A stretch of 64,000 nucleotides of DNA from the human T2T-CHM13v2.0 reference genome, Homo sapiens. Position numbers and translations under genes: made by a program. This document shows, one piece after another, positions 1-12,000 of this stretch. The notes under the pieces are model-generated. The model ran no database searches and was not told where the DNA came from. It was given only the letters and a program-made list of their open reading frames with translations. Within the stretch, counting starts at the first letter, position 1; the number at the start of each line of letters is the position of its first letter. The stretch lies in the NCBI RefSeq assembly GCF_009914755.1, contig NC_060926.1; one strand, given 5' to 3'.

Positions 1-71
1 GGCTCAAGCCACCCACCTGTCTCAGCCCCCCAAAGTGCTGAGATTACAAGCATGAACCACCACATCTGGCC
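1..71 (-). mobile_element. Alu (J-like) 5' end, cut by window edge
   Basis: cccaaagtgctgagattacaagcatgaaccaccacatctggcc. Confidence 0.85.
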
Positions 72-700
72 TTAACCATTTTTAAGTGTACAGTCCCGTG
101 GTGCTAAATGAATTCACTCTGTTGTACAACTATCACCACCACCCATCTCTAAAATTTTTTATCTTGCAAAACTGAAACTCTATACCCACTAAACAATAAC
201 TCCCCATATTCCCCTCCATCTAGTCCCTGGTAACTGCCATTCCACTTCCTGTCTCTATGAATTTGACAACTCTGGGTACTACCTCATATAAATGGAATCA
301 TAGAGTATTTGTCTTTTTGTGACTGGCTTATTTCACTTAGCATACTGTCTTCAGGGTTCATCTGTGTTGCAGCATGCATCAGCATTTCCTTCCTTTTTAA
401 GGCTTCTTATCCATTCGTCCATCCATGGACACTTGGGTTGCTTTCATCTTTTGGCTATTATGAATTATGCTGCTATGACATGGTTGTACAAACACCTGTT
501 TGAATCCCTGCTTTCAGTTGTTTTGAGTATATACCTGAAGTGCTGGATCACATAGTAATCTTATGTACATGTTTTTGAAGAATTGCCACACCATTTTGCA
601 CAGTGGTTACACTGTTTTATATTCCTACCAGCAGTGCATAAGGGTTCCATTTTCTCCACATCTTCACTAATGCCTGTTATTCTCTGTTTTGTTTTTTTTT
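72..700 (-). mobile_element. Old L1M (L1MB-like) 3' fragment
   Basis: Typical L1M 3' end motifs (acctcatataaatggaatcat, ccattcgtccatccatggacacttgggttg, cattcctaccagcagtg-like). Confidence 0.8.
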
Positions 701-706
701 TTTTTT

Positions 707-1615
707 GAAGATCCAGTTTTTAAAGTTAGCCCTTGTATTCGTTTCCTTGGGCTGCCATAATAAATTCCACAAAATTGGTGGCTTAAAACAACAGAAATGT
801 ATGCTCTCACAGTTCTGGAGGCTAGAAGTCTGAATTGAAGAGGGTGTTAGGATTGGTTTTCATTGGAGGCTGTATTGGAGAATCTGTCTCGTGCCTCCCT
901 CTCATCTTCTGGTGGTTGCCTACAGTCCTTGGTTTATCACTCTGTCACTGCAATCTCAGCCTTTGTCATCACGTGGACTTTTTCCCTCTGTGTGTCTGTA
1001 TCTCCCTCTTATAAGGACACTAGTCATTGGATTTAGGGCCCACCATTATCCAATATGTCCTCATCTCAACTACCTAGGTCTGTAAAGACTATTTCTCAGT
1101 AAAGTCACATTCTAAGGTTCTGACTGGACGGGAATCTTTGGGGAGGAGGCACTCTTCAACCTGGTAGAGCACAGAACTTATGTCTGGCCATCTTATCATT
1201 CTCTATCCTATAAAGCCTGTTTCTCTATTTCTGCATGCCTTATTTCTCATGTATTCCAATTGTTTTTCTAAAAAGTTACATTTGTTTTCTGTGCCTAACA
1301 ACTGAGAAGTCAGTTCTTGATTGTACCTTGATTCCTCATCCTTTATATCATTCTCCCTTTCTTTTATTAACCTGCTTCTCTAAAGTTTTCACATTTTCTT
1401 CGGCCTGAATCTGTTCAACCAAATGTTGAATCTGCCGTTCAAGATTCTTCAGAGCAGAAAACATGGTGAGCATTGAGAACCAGAGTCTTCGGAAACCAAT
1501 GCCACCACCCCCCAGCCTGTCCTGCAGGCCTCTGCAGTCCCCGGTAGTTTGTTTTTTTGTGGTCTTCCTCAAGGTTCATGCTTTATCCACCAGGGGTGAC
1601 CCTAAGTCCAGCCTC
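707..1615 (-). pseudogene. Degenerate processed pseudogene fragment of CEP57 (translokin), interrupted by an MLT1 LTR (734-1168)
   Basis: Minus strand gives FSALKNLERQIQHLVEQIQAEENVKTL and, after a frameshift, KERENDIKDEESRYNQELTSQLLGTENKCNFLEKQLEYMRN; recalled CEP57 reads [29 protein letters not shown] and QERENSKNEESKHNQELTSQLLAAENKCNLLEKQLEYMRN; no introns; 707-733 resumes with KLDL-like codons; 5' limit approximate. Confidence 0.85.
734..1168 (-). mobile_element. MLT1 (MLT1C/D-like) ERVL-MaLR solo LTR
   Basis: gctgccataa...ggtggcttaaaacaacagaaat...ctcacagttctggaggctagaagtctgaa...cttataaggacactagtcattggatttagggcccacc. Confidence 0.88.
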
Positions 1616-1726
1616 TAATGGAAGAGGCTCTTCCCTTAAACTTTAAGGATCATATAAATTTGGAAAATGCTTGGTTACACAAAGTTAAACAGACTTCATT
1701 ATTACAGAAACTCTCTTAGAACCTTT

Positions 1727-2092
1727 GGCCAGGCGTAGTAGCTCACACCTATACTCTCAGCACTTTGGGAGGCTGAAACAGGAGGATTGTTTGAGCCTAG
1801 GATCCTAGTTCAAGACCAGCTTGAACAGCATTGTGAGACCCTAACTCTACAAAATATTTTAAATATTAGCTGGGTGTGGTGGCATGTGTATGTGGTCCCA
1901 GCTACTCAGGAGGCTGAGTTGGGAGGACTGCTTGAGCCCAGGAGGTCAAGGCTGCAGTGAGCCATGTTCATGCCACTGCACTCCAGTCTGGGCAACAGAG
2001 CTGAAACCCTGTCAAAAAAAAAAAAAGAAAAAGAAAAGATAAGAAAAGAAAAAAGAAAAGAAAAGAAAGGAAAAGAAAAGAAAAGAAAAGAA
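1727..2092 (+). mobile_element. AluJ with (AAAAG)n-expanded tail
   Basis: Dimeric Alu, caggaggtcaaggctgcagtgagc; TSD-like agaaactctcttagaa on both sides. Confidence 0.93.
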
Positions 2093-2350
2093 ACTCTCTT
2101 AGAAACTTTAATACGGTAAATCACATGAGGTGTTCCCCAAATTTATATGTTGTGGGACCCTTTTTTGAAATAAGCATCTCAGCCTTTGAAAAACATTGCT
2201 AAGTGAAATTAGAATTCACAAATTCTAGGGTAGAATTTACCTGGTGACAGAACAAATGAAAGTCATTGGGAATAAATTCCCTGAGTGCTTATACTGTATT
2301 TGTTTCCATTTACAAAGTATCAAAATTATTTTCACAAAAATTATTTGTGA

Positions 2351-2658
<308 letters not shown>

Positions 2659-2762
2659 CTTGTGAATAAATCTTTAAATAAAAATTCCACTGAGCTTTTA
2701 ATTATGTGCATAAATTATGTCACATTTTCATAAATGTACTGTTACTGAAATTGAAGTCTTAC

Positions 2763-2931
2763 ATTTTGTAGGTTTATAACAAATAGCACCATCCTTAACA
2801 GAGTTGCATTTTTCATGTTTCCAAGTTCCTTTTGGATCCAAGAGAACACAATTTCCAGGAGATGTTTGGCCTTTCCATGGGATATAGTCAAATGTACTAC
2901 CATCAGACCATTCAAAACTTGATTCACTTCC
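2763..2931 (-). CDS. LY75: LY75 exon ~31 (CTLD9 second half); gene continues beyond the left edge
   Basis: 169 nt, phase 0->1; GSESSFEWSDGSTFDYIPWKGQTSPGNCVLLDPKGTWKHEKCNSVKDGAICYKPTK; CAG / GTAAGA. Confidence 0.97.
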
Positions 2932-4163
2932 CTGTTGTAAGAACAATAGAGATAACCTGAATCCAGATGTTTGACTTCAAAAAGAATACAAAGAACAACA
3001 TACATACTTTAAGAAATATTATAATGGAATATTAATTATTTGCTTACAGTATTGTAGGTCTGAACCTACTATTATTGTAGGACTGATTTACTTCTGATGC
3101 ATTGATTTGGGACATTTGCTCTGATACAGTTTATGGAGAACTTTAAACTTACAGACAGAGTTACTACACCTGGTCTTCAGATTTTTTTGAAGGATGAGTT
3201 TATGTGACACTTGAAATTAAACAACATGCAAATGGCTTCCATTTGTCATAATTACAAATTTACAATCCCAACCTTCATATTGTTCTGAATATTGTTTTCT
3301 ATGTTTTATAGTTTTGTGTTTTGTGTCTCTGGCTACATTTTTCACACTACAGAGGACACCAAGCAGTAGGGAGCTAGAAAAGAGAAACACTTCCCAAGAA
3401 ACTCAAAATGGGAAGACTATTTTTGAATTTTCCTTGAATTTATAATCTTAACTTGCCATGCTTTTAAAAAAAAATCTTCCCCACTCTGTTCTAAAGATTA
3501 TTTAAATTAAAACTACAACTCTAGTCTCAATAGATAACCATTTTTTGTACACAAGACCCTACTGTAAGTACATAAATGATTAAATAATATGATTCAAATA
3601 GTGGCACAGATGTCTTTACTAGCAGAATTAATCCTAAGTAGTATAATTTTCTAGAGGAAAAGTGGGAAGAAGGTATACATTTATTAGTCCTAACCATGTG
3701 GAGAATTTTAGATGGTACTTTGTATAAACTTTTGTGTTAAAATCTCAGTGAAATTATTATTACCCTGATTTTCTACATGAGGAAATAAGGTTGCAAAGGT
3801 TAATGATCACCCAGCACATAAATGGAAGATCTGCTACTGGTACTCAAACTCAGGGTTTTCTGATTCTATGCTATTTCATTTTTATCAGCTTTCCAATTTG
3901 TCTGTCCCAAATAGGCTATAGAGGTGTTGTTGAGATAGTCATCCACTGGGCCCTTGGGATGGCCTGATCATTTGTCCTAGTGCATGCTACAGTAAAATTT
4001 TCTATTTGTTCTGTGTTGTAAAAGGTAAGAAAGCACCATGCTATGCAAGCGGAGTCCCAGTACTTCATCTAATGTTGTACTTTGTGTTAATACTTTACGC
4101 TCAAATTTCTAACCCTCAAAATAACACATTTGAAAAGTTTCTGGAAAACGAAGCAAGACTTAC

Positions 4164-4390
4164 ATCATGACTTGAGAGCCCAACCCATAGTGGAAATCCA
4201 TCACGTTTTACAATATCTTCCAGAAAGAGCTGGCCATTTTGGTTGTGAACGCTTGCCAAGTGACCTCCACTTTGAGAACACATGTTTAATGCTTCATACC
4301 ATGTTACCTTTTTTTGAATAACACTGTAAATACCATCTTCATATGGCATAAACTGTGGCAGTGTAATATTATATTCTTCTTTGTAGTCAA
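4164..4390 (-). CDS. LY75: LY75 exon ~30 (CTLD9 first half)
   Basis: 227 nt, phase 1->0; (V)DYKEEYNITLPQFMPYEDGIYSVIQKKVTWYEALNMCSQSGGHLASVHNQNGQLFLEDIVKRDGFPLWVGLSSHD; TAG / GTAAGT. Confidence 0.97.
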
Positions 4391-4879
4391 CTATAATAAT
4401 TAAAAGCACTGGTGATTAAAATTTAAATTATTTCAAATACATCTTTTGGATGAGACAACATGCAATCATTTCAAAAGTTAAATAAAACTGGGTTTCTTAT
4501 TAATAAGGGAGGTCAAATGTATATTTTATTTTTCTTACTGGTATGACACATATCTTAGGCTCTTAAAGTTCTCTGATTGATATTTTAAAAGGCATAAACA
4601 TTTTCTTTGATTTAAGAAGCTCATATATTAGTTGGAGACAGAAACAACAATGGCTGAAATGATGGCAAAACTGTTAACCAGTAGGGTATGTGAAATTGGT
4701 AGAGATTCATTTGAATGAGAAGAGTCAGGAAGACTACTTGATAAACCAGGTCTCAAGGGTTAGGTGAAATTAAGACTAAAAAGAAATAAGGGAACCAGAA
4801 AGTAAGGAAGTGCTTAAAACAAGCACAAACAGCAAAGCCACAATGACGAGGTTATTTCAAGGGACATGGGAGCCAAGTG

Positions 4880-6160
<1,281 letters not shown>

Positions 6161-7080
6161 AAAAAAATAAAGAAAAAGAAATTGGAAAACTTCTTGGCAG
6201 AAGGAAAACATAAAGGTGCAAGTATGAGGATGGGCATACACTGTGCCTGGGACAATGAAGAGACCAGCTTGATTGAGAAAAAGATGCTTTGCTGAGCAAG
6301 AATGGGGAAAAACAGGGAACTGGGAGAAGGCCTAGAAACTGGGGATAGAGACTAAGTTTCTAAAATGTCTCAAAAGTTTACATGCACTCAAAGTAGGTTA
6401 GAATAAGGAATCCCTGGAGGTTGCTGGTGGACACGGTCTTGGGAAGTGACTGCGGCGCTGTAAGTGAGCCAACTAGCCAGCACTCCACCTTTACGGGCTC
6501 CCAGTGAGCAGGGAGCTTTGGGCACAGTGGGAGTAATGACAGTTTTAGGGCACAGTGGTAATAATTAACAGTTTTTAAGCTGTGAAAAAATTAAAACTAA
6601 CATATATTTAAAAATAGATTTATTTAAAGATTAAGCAAGGTGGAGAGACATTCACTTTGCACGGAATGTTAAAACTCGTTCCCCAAACACTTTCTTATTT
6701 ATATAAACCCTATCCATTTTTCAAACCCCAACCAAGTTTCACCTCTTCTTGAAGCCTTTCCTTTTTTTTTGTTATTCCCCTTTCCAATGTATCGGTTTTG
6801 ACTTCCCCACAATTTAAGCCTGTATCAATTAATCTAAGACCAATTTACATTAAACAATGATAAGGAATTTAATGCTGTCTCCACAACTACATTTTACTCC
6901 TTAGGGTCAAAACCTTGACAGCAGGGCCCGTATCTTTTCCTTCCTCGATAACCTCTGTAACACCTCGCACAGGACTGAATACAGAGGAAGCATTTGATTG
7001 TATGATTCCCACTGGTGGAACTAATAGCCTTATATTCTTTCCCTGGAGTGAAAGAAAACTCTATATTTTACTATACTTAC

Positions 7081-7275
7081 CCATTTCAATTTTACAAGCA
7101 AGAATGCTGTGCTGGTGAAAATAAACTGCTTCTTCAATAACTTTAAAGGTTTGAATATCCCAGAAGCCGTCAGTACTTAAACCAGCCAAAAACTTCTCAT
7201 TTTTTATAGTTGGTCTTCCTGCTCTCCAATGTGTATATGACAGTGGGGTCTTATCAAACCACATAAGAGAATTAT
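7081..7275 (-). CDS. LY75: LY75 exon ~29 (end of CTLD8)
   Basis: 195 nt, phase 1->1; (N)NSLMWFDKTPLSYTHWRAGRPTIKNEKFLAGLSTDGFWDIQTFKVIEEAVYFHQHSILACKIEM; TAG / GTAAGT. Confidence 0.97.
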
Positions 7276-7554
7276 CTAGAGAAGAAACATTTTTTTCCTA
7301 TGCTTAGAGATTAAATCAAGACTTGAATTACACTTATACAGTTAAGATTTCAAACTTGACTAATTTTCTCTTTTCCCAACCTTCTAAAAGGTTGTATGAT
7401 TATGTATAACCCTTTAAGATATTTTCTGATTATAACAGTAAATCATGCTCATTTTTAATTTGAATATAAATACAAACTATAAATATTGACCTATAATTCC
7501 ACCATCCTTCAGTAATAACATTTCATTTTTGTCATCAAATATTCTTTTCTTGAA

Positions 7555-8045
7555 GTCATTATATGAAAAAGATACTTGCACATGCATGTTTATAGCAGCA
7601 CAATTCACAATAGCAAAAATATGGAACCAGCCCAAATGCCCATCAATCAACAAGTGAACAAAGAAAATGTGGTAATGTGGTATATATGTACCATGGAATA
7701 CTACTCAGCCATAAAAAGGAATGAAATAATGGCATTCGCAGCAACCTGAATGGAAATGGAGATCATTATTCTAAGTGAAGTAACTCAGGAATGGAAAACC
7801 AAACATTGTGTGTTCTCACCAAGTGGGAGCTAAGCTATGAGGATGCAAAGGCATAAAATGATACAATAGACTCTGGGAACTCGGGGGGAAGAGTGGGAGG
7901 GGATGAGGGATAAAAGATTACACACTAGGTACAGTGTACACTGCTCGTGTGATGGGTGCACCAAAATCTCAGAAGTCAACACTAAAGAACTTATCTATGT
8001 AACCAACCACCACCTGTTCCCCAAAAACCTATTGAAATAAAAAAA
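7555..8045 (+). mobile_element. L1MA/L1PB-type 3' end
   Basis: ORF2 C-terminal remnant plus 3'UTR (gggagctaagctatgaggatgcaaaggcataa ... cctgttccccaaaaacctattgaaataaaaaaa). Confidence 0.88.
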
Positions 8046-8117
8046 TATTATTTTCTCTTACATATACGTTTAATTGCATGGAAATGAACATAACTATTTT
8101 ATTTATTTAAAACATGA

Positions 8118-8493
<376 letters not shown>

Positions 8494-8688
8494 AGTCAAT
8501 TGATTTTTAAGAAGGATGTCAAGACAATTCAGTGTGGAAAGAATAGTCTTCTAAACTGGATATCCACATGTAAAAAAAAAAAAAAATGAAGTTGGACCCC
8601 TTTCTTTCACCACACACAAAAATTAAAGTAGATCACAGACATAAATATAAGCGCTACAGCTATAAAATCTTTAGAAGAAAACATGGAA

Positions 8689-8991
8689 GGCCAGGCATGG
8701 TGGCTCACCCCTGTAATCACAGCACTTTGGGAGGCTGAGGTGGGCAGATCACCTGAGGTCAGGAGTTCGAGACCAGCCTGACCAACATGGTAAAACCCCA
8801 TCTCTACTAAAAATACAAAAATTAGCTGGGCGTGGTGGCGGGTGTCTGTAATACCAGGTACTCAGAAGGCTGAGGCTGGAGAACTGCTTGAACCTAGGAG
8901 GCAGAGGTAGCAGTGAGCCAAGATCATGCCACTGCACCACTTCAGCTTCGGTGACAAGAGCAAAAGTCTGTCTCAAAAAAAAAAAAAAAAA
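8689..8991 (+). mobile_element. AluS
   Basis: Full Alu with A-tail; TSD-like aagaaaacat. Confidence 0.94.
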
Positions 8992-9082
8992 GAAAGAAAA
9001 CATAGGAGTAAGTCTTCATAACCTTGGGGTAAGCAAAGCCTTCTTACATATGCACAAATGACAAAAGAAAAACACTTTTGTG

Positions 9083-12000
9083 ATGGATTGCTGGCAAGAT
9101 GGCCAAATAGGAACAACTCCAGTGTGCAGCTCCAAGCAAGATTGATGCAGAAGGCAGGTGATTTCTGCATTTCCAACTGAGGTACCGGGTTCATCTCAAT
9201 GGGACTGGTTGGACAGTGGGTGCAGCCCACAGAGGGCGAGCTGAAGCAGGGTGGGGCATTGCCTCACCTGTGAAATGCAAGGGGTCGGGGAATTTTCTCC
9301 CCTATCCAAGGGAAGCCATGAGGGACTGAGCCTGAGGAACTCTGGCACAGATAGTGCACTTGTCCCAGGGTCTTTGCAACCTGCAAACGAGGAGATTCCC
9401 TCTGGTGCCTACCCCACCAGGGCCCTGGGTTTCAAGGACAAAACTGGGCAGCCATTTGGGCAGACACCAAACTAGCTGCAGGAGTTCTTTTTTCCCCATA
9501 CCCAAGTGGTGCCTGGAATGCCGGTGAGACAGAACTGTTCACTCCCCTGGAAAGGGGTGCTGAAGCCAGGGAGCCAAGTGGTCTGGCTAGGTGGGTCCCA
9601 CCCCTATGGAGCCCAGGAAACTAAGATCTACTGGCTTGAAATTCTCGCTGCCAGCATAGCAGCAGTCTGAGATTGACCTGGGACGCTAGAGCTTGGTCGG
9701 GGGAGTGGCATCCGCCATTGCTGAGGCTCGAGTAGGCAGTTTTACGCTCCCAGTGTAAACAAAGCTGCTGGGAAGTTTGAACTGGGTGGAGCCCACTGCA
9801 GCTCAGCAAGGTTGCTGTGGCCAGATGGCCCTATTTCTCCTCTCTGGGCAGGGCATCTCTGAAAAAAGGGCAGCAGCCACAGTCAGGGACTTATAGCAGA
9901 GTTAAACATCCCTGCCTGATGGCTCTGAAGAGAGCAGCGGACCTCCCAGCACAGTGTTCGAGCTCTGCTAAGGGTCAGACTGCCTCCTCAAGTGGGTCTC
10001 TGACCCCCAGGTATTCTGACTGGGAGACATCTCCCAGTAGGTGCCGACAGACATTTCATACAGGAGAGCTCTGGCGGGCATCAGGCAGGTGCCCCTCTGG
10101 GAAGAAGCTTCCAGAGGAAAGAACAGGCAGCAATCTTTGCTGTTCTGCAGCCTCCGTGGGTGATAACTAGGCAAACAGAGTCGGGTAGACATCCAGCAAA
10201 CTCCAGCAGACCAGCAGCAGAGGGGCCTGTTAGAAGGAAAACTAAAAAACAGAAAAGAATAGCATGTCCACTCAAAGACCCCATCTGAAGGTCACCAACA
10301 TCAAAGACCAAAGGTAGATAAATCCACAAAGATGGGGAGAAACCAGTGCAAAAAGGCTGAAAATTCCAAAAACCAGAACACTTCTTCTCCTCCAAAGGAT
10401 CACAACTCTTCACCAGCTAGCGAACAAAACTGGATGGAGAAAGAGTTTGATGAATTGACAGAAGTGGGCTTCAGAAGGTGGGTAATTACAAACTGCTCCG
10501 AGCTAAAGGAGCATGTTCTAACCCAATGCAAGGAAGCTAAGAACCTTGAAAAAAGGTTAGAGGAACTGCTAACTAGAATACCCAGTGTAGAGAAGAACAT
10601 TAGTGACCTGATGGAGCTGAAAAACACAGCATGAGAACTTCGTGAAGCATACACAAGTATCAATAGCTGAATTGATCAAGCGGAAGAAAGGATATCAGGG
10701 ATTGAAGATCAACTTAATGAAATAAAGAGAGAAGACACGATTAAAGAAAAAAGAATAAAAAGGAATGAACAAAGCCTCCAAGAAATATGGGACTATGTGA
10801 AAAGACCAAATCTACGTTTGACTGGTGTACCTGAAAGTGATGAGGAGAATGAAACCAAGTTGGAAAACACACTTCAGGATATTATCTGGGAGAACTTCAC
10901 CAACCTAGCAAGACAGGCCAACACTGAAATTCAGAAGACACAGAGAACAACCCAAAGATACTCCTCGAGAGGAGCAACCCCAAAACACATAATCATCAAA
11001 TTTACCAAGGTTGAAATGAAGGAAAAAATGTTAAGAACAGCCAGAGAGAAAGGTCAGGTTACCCACAAAGGGAAGCCCATCAGACTAATAGTAGATCTCC
11101 CTGCAGAAACTTTACAAGCCAGAAGAGAGTGGGAGCCAATATTCAACATTCCTAAAGAAAAGAATTTTCAACCCAGAATTTCATATCCAGCCAAACTAAG
11201 CTTCATAAGCAAAGGAGAAATAAAATCCTTGACAGACAGGCAAGTGCTGAGAGATTTTGTCACCACCAAGCCTGCCTTACAAGAGCTCCTGAAGGAAGCA
11301 CTAAACATGGAAAGGAAAAACCGGTACCAGCCACTGCAAAACATACCAAACTGTAAAGAACATTCACACTATGAAGAAACTGCATCAACTAACATGCAAA
11401 ACAATCAGCTAGCATCATAATGACAGGATCAAATTCACACATAACAATATTAACCTTAAATGTAAAGGGGCTAAATGCCCCCAATTAAAACACACGACTG
11501 GCAAATTGGATAAAGAGTCAAGACCCATCAATGTGCTGTTCAGATGAGATGGGTTCAGGAGACCCACCTCATGTGCAAAGACACAAATAGGCTCAAAATA
11601 AAGGGATGGAGGAATATTTACCAAGCAAATGGAAAACAAAACAAAAAAAAAGCAGAAGTTGCAATCCTAATCTCTGATAAAACAGACTTTAAACTAACAA
11701 AGATCAAAAGAGACAAAGAAGGCCATTACATAATGGTAGAGGGATCAATGCAGCAAGAAGAGTTAACTATCCAAAACATATATGCACCCAATACAGGAGC
11801 AACCAGATTCACAAAGCAAGTTCATAGAGACCTACAAAGAGACTTAGGCTCCTGCACAATAATAGTGGGAGACTTTAACACCCCACTGTCAATATTAGAT
11901 CAACGAGACAGAAAATTAACAAGGATATTCAGGACTTGAACTCAGCTCTGGACCAAGTGGACCTAATAGCCATCTACAGAACTCTCCAGCCCAAATCAAT

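Noticed and set aside
692-706. Poly-T as the poly-A tail of the CEP57 retrocopy
   Set aside because: It falls mid-CDS with no polyadenylation signal and coincides with a T-rich position at the truncated end of the adjacent L1M; ambiguous, so not claimed
1348-1572. 74-aa coiled-coil ORF as a novel small gene
   Set aside because: A chance open stretch of the decayed CEP57 retrocopy; non-ATG start, and homology continues in other frames past stops
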